A DNA stretch of 64,000 nucleotides from Octopus sinensis (GCF_006345805.1 NC_043012.1:49972001-50036000); one strand, 5' to 3'. Shown: positions 40,410-53,661, counted from the stretch's first letter. The notes: a model not told the origin generated them from the letters alone. Program-made: numbers and translations.

Positions 40410-40696
40410 AATACTTGTTTCAGGCATTAGATGGTGACCAAGCTGGAGCAGCGACTTGAAGAGTTTTAGTGGAATGAATCTGCCCTGTACTTATTTCTTT
40501 TTAAGCCTAGTACTTATTCTATTAGTCTCTTTTGCGGAACCGCCAGTTAACGTGGAGATAAACATACCGACACCGGTTGTTAAGTATTGATGCAAGACAA
40601 ACAGAAGGACGAAGGCAAGCATAAACACACACACACATATATACTTAAGTCGGTGCCCCAGTATCACCACAGTCAAATGACTATAAGAAGTAAAAG

Positions 40697-40755
<59 letters not shown>

Positions 40756-40895
40756 CATAGAAGTGCTTCTTTCAGTTTCCGTCTGGCCAATCCATTAGCA
40801 AGGCACCCGGGCTATAATAGAAGACACTCGCCCAAGATAACATGAAGTAGGACTGAATTTTGAACCAAGTGGTTGGGAAGCAAGCTTCTTACCTG
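40410..40895 (-). mobile_element. Old SINE family A, rearranged
   Basis: Minus-strand body at 40410-40610 and head at 40765-40895, with a plus-strand tail piece (ccacagtcaaatgacta) between them. Confidence 0.6.
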
Positions 40896-41099
40896 TGTCT
40901 ATAGTGAAGTATATCGTTCCAGAGTCCTTGAAAAACACATTTGTTACATTCCCGGAAAAATAAATGACTGAATCATCTATTTCAAATCATTCAGTTAGTC
41001 ACAATGTATTTCGTTCATCGACTCAGCAATTACGGTAAACCAACGTACTAAGGATATTTAAATATTGGTTTCTAAGTTTGTCACATGGCCACAGTTTCG

Positions 41100-41280
41100 A
41101 GGGTGGGGTAAGTTCACCACATTTATTCCAGCGCTCAGCTAGTCCCAAATCTATGGACCCCGTAAAGGATGAAAGGCAAAGTTGATTTCCTTGGAATTTG
41201 AACGCAGAACATAAACATGGATAAAGTACCGCTAGTCATTTCGCTCGGCGCGCTAACATTTCTACCTGATCAACGCCTGT
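41100..41280 (-). mobile_element. SINE family B, degenerate
   Basis: ggaccccgtaaaggatgaaaggcaaagttgatt...gaatttgaacgcagaac...cggcgcgctaac. Confidence 0.65.
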
Positions 41281-41974
41281 AACAGTTATTAAATACTAGC
41301 ATAATATTCACTGTAATCATGATCCAAAATATCCTTTATTTAACTAAGTTATTTACAGAGAAATCGATCCTAGGGCAAACCTGACATCAACGGCCTTAAA
41401 ATTAGAGAGAAGAGCCTTTTTGTCTAATCCAGCAAGACATGATATTCAACTTACCTGTATTCGAAATGGAAATGTTTTATTATATATCATCATTCCTTAA
41501 GCATTTTAACATTGATTAGATTTTTAGAGTGAGTTTTTTAATTGTTCATTGCATATACCCTGACGAGAAAGAAAAGGGAGTGTTAGTAAATTAATACAGA
41601 ACAACTATCAAAAGAAATTCGATTGAATATTAGGTTTTGTCGCTTTCTATTTGATATTTACATAGGTATACACTTGGTTGATGTACAAATACACATTTGC
41701 AAACATGCACACACGTAAATACCAGCTTATAAAAACATACACAGAGACACGTACATACATACATGTTTATCCGCGTCTGTGTTTGTATAAAGACGTTTTG
41801 CACAGTTTCCACTTAACTTTACGTAAAAGTGATAGAGCAACCTGAGGCTACGAAAGAAGACACTAGCCCCAAGATCCGGGCAGTAGGATCGTAACCGAAA
41901 CCACACAGCACAGCAAAAGACTGAAAGAAATAGAATATTATAACCCAGCATATTTAACTAATACTATCTTTTCC

Positions 41975-42300
41975 TTCTAGCATTCTCTCAGCCATCAAGG
42001 TATTTATCTTAATTCCAATATACATCATAAGAGACAGACAAAATTCTAACAGTTATCAATTACCCTCATCTCACCAACCACCATATTACTTGCTATTCTT
42101 CACATGATACTCCATATTCTTCAATGTATAGCCAGTCAGACTTCTATTGTCAAGCAAACGAGCTAATGTTTAAATTCTTTATACGCTCCCTACTGTCTTA
42201 TTGCTCTTTCAAAGCTCAAATTTCTATGTAGGTACATCCATAAATTTTCACTACCCTGGAATGTTAGGGTACACAGCATGCTTCACAACGACTAAAGAAA
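41975..42300 (-). mobile_element. Possible degenerate RTE LINE 3' coding remnant
   Basis: Loose resemblance, from recall, to RTE C-terminal regions; no intact motif. Confidence 0.25.
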
Positions 42301-42589
42301 ATTGACGCTTTAATAATATAGAGAGAGGTTACAAGTCGCGATAAAATACACAGCATGAAGACAAGAAAGTGCAAACTGACGCACACAGACAAAAGAAGAA
42401 AACTTATGTAAGCATATACACTAACATACATATGTATTTATGTGTATTCCTGTGTCTAAACGCATATCTATGCAGACACACACACAAATACACATACGCA
42501 CAGACTAGATACCACACACGTATATGTGTAGATATAGTATGTAGATATATATATATATATGGACACATTCATGTATATTCATATATATT

Positions 42590-42632
42590 TTATATGTATG
42601 TATATATCTATATCTTTCTATTTATCTATCAT

Positions 42633-42730
<98 letters not shown>

Positions 42731-42745
42731 AATAATATATATATG

Positions 42746-42798
<53 letters not shown>

Positions 42799-42900
42799 CT
42801 ATATATCTATATATGTATCTATCTCTCAAACTATATATACATATATATATATATATTATATATATATATATGTGTGTGTATATATATACACGGCAATATA
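42590..42900. repeat. (TATC)n/(TA)n compound microsatellite
   Basis: Direct reading. Confidence 0.95.
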
Positions 42901-43354
42901 AGCATATTTAATGCACCTATCCTACCTTAGCATAGTAATCAGTAAAATTATTTAGCACACACACATATTTGTGTCTGGTCGTTGTTAGCGCATACAGTCT
43001 CTACACCTATGTGTGTGAGTGTGTGTGTGTATGTGTGAGTTTGTGTGAGTGTGAGTGTGTGTGTGTGTGTTGTGTGTGTGTGTGTGTGTGTGTGTGCGCG
43101 TGTGCTTTTGTAATTCTATAGATTCAAAAACGCATACTCAAGGTAAAGCACTCTGGCATCTCATTTCCATGCTTAGTGAAAGCAATCAGAAGCATATAGA
43201 AAGGCGCATACATACGTAAAGAGGTGTAACAGCGCCTCTAATCGAGATACTTATAAACACAGACACATACACATGTGTATACGGATGAGCACAGTCATCA
43301 TACATATATATATGTGCATAAATGAATGTAGAATATATACTTATTAGGCTCTTT

Positions 43355-43484
43355 TCGAACTACATGATTCCAGGTTCGATCTTACTGCGTGGAAACTTGG
43401 GCAAGTCTCTTCCAGTATAGCCTGAGAGCCCGATGGAAGCCTTGTAGGTGGATTTGGCAGACAGAAGCTGAAATTAGCACGTCG

Positions 43485-43490
<6 letters not shown>
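43355..43490 (+). mobile_element. SINE family A 5' fragment
   Basis: catgattccaggttcgatcttactgcgtgg...ggcaagtctcttc...ggatttggcagacagaagctgaaa. Confidence 0.65.
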
Positions 43491-43526
<36 letters not shown>

Positions 43527-43753
43527 TGTGTGTAGGGATAGTTTACGAAAAAAACAGAAGACGATGACACGTCGTGTACAAAATAAACAGATGTATTACT
43601 GTAAGGCTCAGGAATAGAAAAAGTGTTTTACGTTTTATATATGTGTATGTATATCTATCTATATATATGCATGTCTGTATGTATGTATGTATACATATAC
43701 AAATGTATATATATATATATGTATGTGTGTATATATATATATATATACATATG

Positions 43754-43787
<34 letters not shown>

Positions 43788-44019
43788 AATGCATGCATGC
43801 ATGCATGCATACATACACGCATGCATACATACATACATACATACATACAAACATACATACATACATACATACAAACATACATACATACACACATACATGC
43901 ATGCATGCATACATACATGCATACATAATATGACCGGAGAATATTACACTAGATTTAGGAAAATATGGTAGTCGGAACTCTCTTACGACAAAACAATATC
44001 TCACAATAAATTTACAGTA

Positions 44020-44861
44020 CCAGGGCGGATCTCAAAATTTGGGATACTTGATTGGTCCGTAGAGGAAATCCACTCAATAGATATGAAAACCCACAAAATC
44101 CTGATAGCAACTAGGAACTTCCACAGAAATAGAGATGTTGACAGGCTCTACGTAAGAAGAAATGATGGTGGTACAATATTTAGATCAGTACAGACGGCTT
44201 TTGAATGCCGTATGGCATTACTGAAGCAGCACCTGCTAAACAGTATCAGCAAAAATAAATATATTAATGCAGTCTTAAAACGTGAAGTGTGCAACACTGT
44301 ACGAGATGGTAGGGAACTACTCAAGAAAGACTCTCTTCCTGATGATCTATACAGCCCCAAAACAGCTGGGTTATCTTGTCTCAGTGAAGACCAGGATGGA
44401 AATCACTCAGCACACAAACACACACCCACAAAAAGAGCATACATTGGTATGTTGACCAGAAGCTTGAGGATGACAGTAGAATTGACACGAAGCGCAGCCT
44501 CTTTTGGACACAAGACCACTACATCACATAACTATGAATGTTATGTGTTTCCAATCTAGGAAGAGGATATTGCCAAAAAGTATCTGGTGAACAAGAGAGA
44601 ATGATGCACTTGCAATCCCAAGCTGCATCCGCATGTGTAGGCGATGTCATATTTCTGTGGAAGACACTACTCATGAGATTAGCTGCTGTTCTAATATGTC
44701 GTCACGGTTCTACCTTCCTGTGCGGCACAATGTTGTTGCTAAAACAATTTACGATGCCATCCGCAAAAAAGTCTGTCCTGAAATACACTTAGACAATTCC
44801 TTTGTTATGGAATAGACTCATAAACTTCAAGGAATACTGGTGGAATATTCCCATCAAAACT

Positions 44862-44903
<42 letters not shown>

Positions 44904-45060
44904 GCACACACAGGCACAAATGCACACATACTTATATATTGAAACGTAAAACTCGCCCGCAGTGGTATCCCATGAACAATAAAAAAAAGCCATTCTAAAG
45001 CACTAAGAAATCTGCATGCAGACTGAGCAGATTACTAGGCACGGTCGTTCAGTATACTTT
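44020..45060 (+). mobile_element. R4/Dong-like (RLE-type) LINE C-terminal remnant
   Basis: IDMKTHKILIATRNFHRNRDVDRLYVRRNDGG (post-RT region), CRRCHISVEDTTHEISCCSNM...RHNVVAKTIY (CCHC knuckle) and YWWNIPIKT (start of RLE); split by a (TA)n tract. Confidence 0.8.
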
Positions 45061-45249
45061 CCCTTTTTTTGTGATAGAAACTGCCTCAGATATCTTCAGC
45101 TAACTTCTTTGTTCTCATACAAAGGAAGGAGCCGACAATGTATATAGTAGTGTCATCCTAAGATTGTGCCCTGCTAGAGTCCATTTCGTAAAAATATACA
45201 CAACAGTCTGGGTCAATATAAAGATGGGTATGTTTGTTTCTGAACCTCT

Positions 45250-45640
45250 TACTTACTTGTACTTGTGACGGCATTCATCCAGGGCGGGTTGAGCCGGTTT
45301 CTTCTCTGGTCATTGAAGTTTCGTGGGAATATTGAATTCGCAAGCGGTCCCCGACATCCCGCATGCATATCCTGAATGACGGGACACCCTGTTTGCCGCG
45401 GAGTCTCCAGAGTCGCAAGGACAGAACGACCTCGAAGCCGCCGGTTGCCGATCGGACAACTCTTGGAATTTTCCCCACAGACCCGTTGGCCAGTCTGCGG
45501 CTCTAATACCGCTCAGTGCCAAACCAATCCGCCTTGGGTGACCCTACCAGGAACCGAAGTTCCCGACGGCATAGCTCTGACGCTGCCCGTTTACACCACC
45601 CTACCTCGCCTATGCACCAGAACCCGAAAGACACGTACAT
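45250..45640 (-). mobile_element. Short non-autonomous RTE derivative (RTE 5'-UTR motif plus (AAGT)n tail)
   Basis: Minus strand: gagctatgccgtcgggaacttcggttcctggtagggtcacccaaggcgga, recalled as the conserved RTE/BovB 5' motif; ends gtcacaagtacaagtaagtaag; no coding region. Confidence 0.6.
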
Positions 45641-46049
45641 CCAATCCCATCTCGATAACAATTTCTTTCAATATATATTATGTACATTTTTTTTTTTTAA
45701 ACTGCATTGAGCTTACAATGACATTAGCAGTCCACAATAAGCGTATTTCTCCATAAATCAGTGAATTGTTTTACAATGAAGAGTTACATAATATCTCAGC
45801 GGTTCTAAGTATGAGTAACCTTATACTTTGCTTAGGTATTCTGAAACATGTCTGAAATTGACCGTGTAATTATTTGAGATCAGACTCTATGCACATTAAA
45901 TATCCCAAATCAATTGTTATCAGTTGTGTTCTGCATATTTGTGTCAATAATTGTCATTAACTCTAATGATTGTATTTTATGTGTCTTTTAATAAATTAAG
46001 CTTTTAATTTGGCGCACCACATTAAAGATATTAGTCCCCATTTAAATAT

Positions 46050-46232
46050 GTATTACTGGTTTGGGGTTTTGGCACAAGACCAGCAATATAGGGGAGGCGC
46101 AATTGAAGTAAATCGAGACCACAGGTACTTATTTTTTCTTCCCCGAGATTATGAAAAGCAAAGCCAAACCCGGCGGAATTTCAACTTAGAACGCAATGAT
46201 GGACGTTGTAACGACCCTGTCAACTCGTCACC
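46050..46232 (-). mobile_element. SINE family B, degenerate
   Basis: gaagtaaatcgagaccacaggtacttatt...gaaaagcaaagccaaacccggcggaatttcaacttagaacg. Confidence 0.6.
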
Positions 46233-46659
46233 TTAAATTTGAATATACACTATTGATATCTGCTGCATACACATTGAATGACTTAATATAAGCGTTTGAT
46301 AGTTGGAAACTTACAGTTGGTATTATATAATAATGATTTCTAATTTATGTCCAAAATTAAGAGTGTTTAGTGAAGGATTATTAGATAAAATCGACTCCTG
46401 TGTCACATCGACCCCGATAGTTTGAAAGGAAATTCTCACCACGGCGGGATTTGAAATCACAATGCAAAGAAACGCAAGGCATTTTCCCGACACTAACCAT
46501 TAAGTCAGTACCCACCTTCTGTTTAAATGGAATAGGGAGGCCAATGAATTAGTTTTCATATATATACATGAAGCCTGTGATAGAAAGAAAAAGAATAAAC
46601 GAAAATGTGATTCTCCAGCATTCTTTAAGATCAATCGGAATGCTGACGAGGAGAGTATA

Positions 46660-47569
46660 TCTATATATATAAAACTGTAGTTGTGTGAGTGTCTGTCTCC
46701 TACGATTTAGATTCCTAACTACTCCCACATTTTGCGGTGCAGTTTCACCAAATTCGGCTATCTTATAGTCGTGATTCATATCAAGCCCGTCTGGGTATTA
46801 GCGCGCGTCTACGATGAGTCTACGATTTTAAAAATAATTTACCATAATTTTTTTCCATTTTAACGCATATTTTTTAAATAAAGGGAAAGCGGCGGAGTTG
46901 GCGTCCATGCTCACACCTGCACCTGTGTTGCTTTTCCCCCTTCTTCCCTCCCTCGTGAAGCTGTGGGGAAGGGAGTGTAAGGAAATCAACGTCGTAAAGC
47001 GTTGTCAAGGAGACCAGCGTTCTTTTAGAACAACGACTTCATGGCTTGAAGTCGCCTAAACAGAAATCGCTAAAAAAGCTGAAACAGATCCACAAAAACG
47101 GCAAAAACCACCACACAGGGCAGGTTTCCTGTGCAAACAATTTGCACAACCGAATGTTTTAGTTGTTGCACAAATCTTTATATATAAAAGTGAAGTCTTG
47201 TGTCTATCTCCTACGATTTAGATTCCTAACTACTCCCACATTTTGCGGTGCAGTTTAACCAAAACCGAGTATCTTATAGTCGTGATTCATATAAAGCCCT
47301 TCTGGGTATTAGCGCGCGTCTACGATGAGTCTACGATAAAAAAAAAATTAGCATCATTTTTTCCATTTTAAAGCATTTTTTCGCTATTATATAAAGGAAG
47401 TAACTCTCTAAAAATGTCTACGATGAGTCAACGATTTAAAAAAAAAATTACCATCATTTTTTATTCCATTTTTTATGCATTGTTTTGCTATTTTTTGCTA
47501 TAACTCTCTAAAAAGGCTTATATAGTTATTTCCCTTACAAACCCGAGCAACACCGGGCGATACTGCTAG
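46660..47569 (+). mobile_element. Non-autonomous Helitron with two 5' ends
   Basis: 5'-TC at 46660 after A; 3' hairpin CCCGAGCAACACCGGG then CTAG ending at 47569 before T (A^T target, no TSD); second TC-TTTATATATAAAA start at 47175. Confidence 0.85.
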
Positions 47570-49448
47570 TATTTCATAAACTGTGCCGAGTTTGATTTGG
47601 CAGCTCATGTCTTTTTCTCTTCTTTAGTACTCTGCATACAAATTGAAATTTCGCTCTAATTACACGTAACAAAAGCATTGCAATATGCAAAATGCGTGTA
47701 GCACTGGTAGAAGCGTTCTTGAAATCCCTAATGACATAAATAGCAAATAAAAGTTAACATTTATTTGAACGAGAAGCTGAAAATTGTTCAATATTTAACT
47801 TGCGTGTTTATTATATATCTTTTACTATGTATGAAAAGCGTATTGAATAATAACATGGAAAATATCATATGCAAGTATTCTACAACAGAAAGGTTTAGTT
47901 CTCTTGGAATTTTAAGAAAATGGATGATATTTCGCTTACATTATTTCTTGAAATAGTATAAGGCTGTATTTATGAATATTTTCTCAGGAGAAACAGTGTT
48001 CTTTGTTGGAAATTGAATTGCATTAATGCGTTTATTATGTGCCATTATAGGCAATAGTTAAGCAGATGCTTCTTGTCCACCTTCATTCATATGCAGTATA
48101 TCCTTAAGGATAAGTTTGATAATATAATTAGCTAAAGGAAATAAATAAAACAAGTCGATGTGACATGACCTTCCCTCCATATTCTTTCATTATTTCCGCT
48201 TACATCTCAGATATGGCCATCGGAAATGTGAACTTCGTTGTCGGAATAATACTGACCTTAAGGAAGAAAAATAAGGCATATTCATAATGCTGGACTGGCG
48301 AATTCATCGGCTCTCTTCGTTGTGCTATAAAAACAGTAGCTGCAGGCGATGTGCAAAATCCACTTCAGTAATAGTACGCGGCTAATGCATTTCTCACTGA
48401 CTATGCATTCCATATCAAACATGGGTATCTGCGTCATTTGCACTTTTAAAAGGTATTAACGACATAGTAATTTTGACTCGGTCATTAATACCTTTTAAAT
48501 TTCTCAACGTATCATCTATTTAGAAGTCTGCAGGCCATGTCAACCCTGATTTGAATGTTCGCGTTGATCCGGCTGTTCTTATCTTTCAATGTAAAGGAAA
48601 CATATAAATACGGATTGTAAATACTGAAAAATACTGCACGTAGTTGGTATCACGTTACATATCCGTTCAAAACGAACATAATTAATTATGAAAGGGAAAT
48701 AAACCAATTACATGAATTGTTAACAGAATAATTATAGATTCGACAAAGGCTGTTGATAGAATACATATTTTGTAGATTTTAGATATTCTTAAATATTTTG
48801 TTTTATATTTTCTGCAAGAACTAGAAAATATTAATAGGAACCAGCATTTAAATTCACTAAACATTAACTCATAAATGTTTTTGAGCATAATCAATTAAAT
48901 CGCATATCACATTAGTCTCGAAAGATAGTCGTAAACCCACAGCAAAGAAAGATAATAATTGCTTTCGTAATACTATTTTATAATTCATTTTCTCTAATAT
49001 TCCATTGCGCTGATTCTTCAATTGTTTTAGGTTTATTAATTAAAAAAAAAACATTGTATCATCCGTTAAGTCGGAATGGAGAGTAGCCAGGGATCACGGT
49101 CTTTTTTTAGGGCTTTCAAATTTATCGTCGGATTATGATGAGCTTACTTTCAATTCAAATTTGTGTCCCGAAGGTGTTAACTGAAAGACAACCATGGTCT
49201 AGATGGTGCTAGTAAACTGAGTGCGGGATTAAGCCTGCCGGAATATCACGTATTAAAATAAGCTGTTTCATCGATGAGAATGTTTCACACCATTTGCCTC
49301 GGTTTTCCATTCACTACTCACAACATATTTGTAAAGATCATTACAATAATCAACAAATATGCAGACACTACAATACCCAATAACATTACTTTTGAAGCTC
49401 TTTTATTCAAAATTTTTCTTAAAATTCAAGTATACGAAATATTCGTGT

Positions 49449-49654
49449 CTACTCTAGGCACAGGGACCGAAATTTTTGGTGAACAAGCCAGTCGATTACA
49501 TCAACCCCAGTATGCAACTGGTACTTAATTTTTCAACCCCGAAAGGATGAAAGGTAAAGTCGACTTCTGCAGGATTTGAACTCAAAACGTAAAGAGAAAC
49601 GAAATACCGATAAGAATCTCGCCCGGCGTACTAACGTTTCTGCCAGCTCGCTAA
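49449..49654 (-). mobile_element. SINE family B
   Basis: gtcgattacatcaaccccagt...ccccgaaaggatgaaaggtaaagtcgac...ctaacgtttctgccagctcgc. Confidence 0.85.
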
Positions 49655-49879
49655 CTTCAAGTCTATGAAATATTAATGGCGAAATAGATGGTTTGACAAT
49701 TATTTTCATTGTCATATATTAAAAAAAATATTCCAGCTGATGTAATTTGCAATATACTTGAATCCAATGATTTAGTTTATTTTGGAAAAGATTACGAAAT
49801 GAAAATGCTCAAAATAGAAAATACATTTCTTCATTTGCATAAAACCATGATATTTAGGACTCATTCCTGTATGTGTGCA

Positions 49880-50258
<379 letters not shown>

Positions 50259-50265
<7 letters not shown>

Positions 50266-50420
50266 TTTGTCTGCCGCTACGTTCTGAGTTCAAACTCCGC
50301 CAAGGTCGACTTCGCCTTTCATACTTTCGTGGTCGACAAATTAAGTACCATTTGAGTAGTGGGGTCAATGTAATCGACTTACCCCCTCCTCCAAAATTCC
50401 AAGCCCTGCGCCTATAGCAG
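50259..50420 (+). mobile_element. SINE family B, 5'-truncated
   Basis: tattttgtctgccgctacgttctgagttcaaactccgccaaggtcgacttcgcc...gtaatcgacttaccccc. Confidence 0.85.
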
Positions 50421-51565
50421 AAGAATTTTTTTCAACAGACGTACAAACTTTATGATGCACTTTTGAAAGTGACGTTAAACATATAGGTGTACGAAAACCA
50501 TATATCTTTCATTTCAAAGATACCGACAATTTTCTGTAGTGTATTATAAATAGATTAATCAAACCACCTTTTGCGAGTTTTTACTGTTATACAAATTAGG
50601 CTGATCAGTTTAGGCCAACCCGAGATTGTTTACACAGTGCATACCAATTATTTAAGAACCTTTTCACGAACTGAATATAGCTATTCGTTTTCTTATGACA
50701 GTATAATATTAGTTCTAAGTTACCAGGCTGGTTTTACATTTTTTGCCCCTAGAAAGAACAAAACATGATGCAATCACTGCTTCAATTTACATACAAGTTT
50801 AAACTTGTATGATTTTTTTAAAGAGGAAACGTATATTATTTGTGTTGGACACACGCGCACCTATACTTTAATATATATAAGTGTATGTCTGCATTACTAT
50901 ACATGAGTGTGTGTTAATCTGTGTGAGTGATTGTGTGTGTGTATTTGCGTTTAATGATTTCCTCATTAATCAACAGATTCAATTATTTTGAGTGTCTCTT
51001 GTTTACAGTTTTGTTTTGGGGAAAAATGCATGAGACAAGAATATTTATTAGATTCTTTAAGTGAAACTGGTACTAATGATTCGCCTTTAGTAATTTTTTC
51101 TTACGCTTTTTTTTTTTGTTTCTTGGTGGCTATTAGCAATCATAGAAAGCCATAATTATAATGTTGTTAAAGGAATTTTTAATATTTTTTTTTTATATGT
51201 GATATTCTACTAAACTCCTCAGTGAAATGATAATAGAACGATATCAGCAGTAGTTTTCAGATCGGTCATCGTTTGTAACATCAAAACTGTTATCTCTATA
51301 AATACTGCTTGAAAATCTTGTCATAAAATTGCCCAAAATAAAATGTTATAACATATGTGGAAAAGAAAAGACGTAGTGACACAATGGCCATTGTAAAAAC
51401 ATTGAACTGTTACTGCAGAAGGTTCAAATTTCGAAAATTATATCTTAAAACTTATCAATAAATTTTAAAAAGTAATATGACACATTACGAGTTTTTCTCA
51501 TCTTAGCTGCAACCGTTCCTTTCCAGGTCCAAAGTGAACCAGTGTCTTGCTGAGATAGGTAGATA

Positions 51566-52704
51566 TGTTTCTTTATTAGCCACACAGGGCTGCACACAGA
51601 TAGAACAAATTACAAGGTAGAGCTTTTCTTTTGAAGGTATTAAAAAAAAAAAAAAAAAAAAAAAAGGAAGGGGGAGGTTCGATCAAAAGGGATCGTAAAA
51701 GGAGAGAAAGAGGACAAAAATAAGGGGGGTTAAAAAAAAAAAAAAGGGGGGGAGAGGAAAAAAAAATGATCAATAGGGATCGTTATCACAGAAATGTCAA
51801 TATGAAGTGTAAAGGGGAGGACAGGTGAGGTTTACCCGTGGAAAGAAAAGCCTGCGGAAAAGACCACGGTAACCTCGGTCAATGAAGTCACATTTTATAT
51901 TTCTTTTTTTTTTTTTTTTGCAAATAAGCAACTCTCTGTTTTCGATTTCTGGGTTCATAGGACTATGCTCAAGGTGGCTTCGTCATTCATACGTGCCATT
52001 CTTGCTACATTCACCCATCTTTTTTTAAAACATTCGCTAGACAAAACTTGCCTCTCTACTCTCACTTTCCTTTTCAAGTGGTACTTGAAGAAGTTGATGA
52101 GAGATTGACCAGAGAGGAAAGTGTTTGTCTCCAATCCTTTCAGACGCGTCCACCAGATACATTCTTTCGCCATAGCCACAAGGATGATGAAAATAGCTTT
52201 TCCTTCCCGTTTGAAGGAAGGAGGCGTGACAATATTGACGATAGACTCAGCTGATAAACCGACTCGTCCCACACGTGACAGCAGTTGTTCGACATAAGCC
52301 CACAGGTCGGAAATTGTTGGACACTGAACGAGTGCGTGCAGAACGGTTTCATCGCTCTGACCGCATCTCGGGCAGGTCGGCCCCGTGTTTCTCGAGCCGT
52401 GTCTGTAGAGCTTATCCCGAACGGGTAGCGCTTCTCGGTAGCACTGCCAGGCCAGGGATCTCTGGAAGTTGTCCATGGGCCCTGGCCCGAAAGTCGTCCC
52501 GAACAGGCGGGTCAGGTACTCCTCGTCGACGTCCAGGTTCGCCCCGAGCTCGTCGTCGTACCTCCCCTCCACTAAACCCCTATAGAATGCTTTGGTTGTG
52601 TTGAAGTCACTTAAGGTCGACCCAGGACGGCAGAGTTGCTTGAGAGCAACGCGACACTCGCGGTGCCATTCGCCCTTCCTCGGCCTCTTTTTGATCCACG
52701 ACTG
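51566..52704 (-). mobile_element. Young 5'-truncated Tx1/L1-clade LINE with 12-bp TSD
   Basis: GATAGGTAGATA at 51554-51565 and 52705-52716; ORF2 C-terminus, then a T/C-rich 3' UTR and AATAAA just before the 3' end. Confidence 0.9.
51955..52704 (-). CDS. LINE ORF2 C-terminal region (zf-RVT), uninterrupted from the truncation point
   Basis: QSWIKKRPRKGEWHRECRVALKQL...FYRGLVEGR...LAWQCYREALPVRDKLYRHG...CPRCGQSDETVLHALVQC...IWWTR. No stop between 52704 and 51955: 44 codons upstream of the listed 205-aa ORF. Confidence 0.85.
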   Translation of the reverse strand, partial: QSWIKKRPRKGEWHRECRVALKQLCRPGSTLSDFNTTKAFYRGLVEGRYDDELGANLDVDEEYLTRLFGTTFGPGPMDNFQRSLAWQCYREALPVRDKLYRHGSRNTGPTCPRCGQSDETVLHALVQCPTISDLWAYVEQLLSRVGRVGLSAESIVNIVTPPSFKREGKAIFIILVAMAKECIWWTRLKGLETNTFLSGQSLINFFKYHLKRKVRVERQVLSSECFKKRWVNVARMARMNDEATLSIVL

Positions 52705-52718
52705 GATAGGTAGATAGG

Positions 52719-52767
<49 letters not shown>

Positions 52768-53130
52768 TGGTAGGTACGTAGGTAGGTAGGTAGGTCGGCA
52801 GGTAGGTAGGTAAGTTGGTAGGTAGATAGGTAGATAGGTAGATAAGTAGGTAGGTAGGTAGGTAGGTAGGTAGGTAAGTAGGTAGGTAGATAGGTAGGTA
52901 GGTAGGTAGGTAGGTAGGTAGATAGATAGGTAGATAGGTAGGTAGGTAAGTAGGTAGGTAGGTAGGAAGGAAAGTAGGTAGGTACGTAAGTAGGTAGGTA
53001 GGTAGGTAGGTATGTATGTAGGTAGGTAGGTAGGTAGGTAGGTAGGTAGGTAGGTAGGTAGGTAGAAAGGTAGGTAAGTGCATAGATAGGTAAATAGATA
53101 GATGGCTGGCTGGCTGGCTAGATAGACAGA
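52705..53130. repeat. (TAGA/TAGG)n microsatellite
   Basis: Direct reading. Confidence 0.95.
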
Positions 53131-53496
53131 TAGGCAGAGAGTGAGAAGGAGATAGATAGAAGGGAAATATTGTTGGAAAGGAAGTCAAGAAAAATGAACC
53201 CATTTATTGTTAACATGTTTATCCAAAAGTATGGAAGATGAAAGAAACGACTGAACTGAGTGTGATTGCTACTCAGAGAACAAACAGAAGGGATCAATAA
53301 CGAACAAATTCTATATGTCGCATTCAAATTTTGCCAATACGTTTTCTGGTGATGCTTTTCATCTCTTCATGGCTGATAAAATGAGTACCAGTTGATCTAT
53401 GAGGTCACTGCAATCGACTTATCTCCTCCACGAAATTGTTGGCCTTGTGCTAAAATTTGAAATGAATATTTTAGTCCCACGTCTATATACTTTATA

Positions 53497-53661
53497 CAGG
53501 AGTAGCTGTGTGGTAAGTAGCTTGTTTACCAACCACATGATTCCGGGTTCAGTCCCACTGCGTGGCACCTTGGGCAAGTGTCTTCTACTATAGTCTCGGG
53601 CCGACCAAAGTGTGGTGAGTGGATTTGGTAGACGGAAACTGAAAGAAGCCCGTCGAATATA

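Noticed and set aside
45045-45110. Minus-strand CUGAAGA...GAAA-GUAUAC-UG string
   Set aside because: Position 17 is G, and stems I and II are absent.
46800-47480. Short repeated units resembling a CRISPR-like array
   Set aside because: They are internal subrepeats of a Helitron with irregular spacing, in a eukaryotic context with no cas genes.
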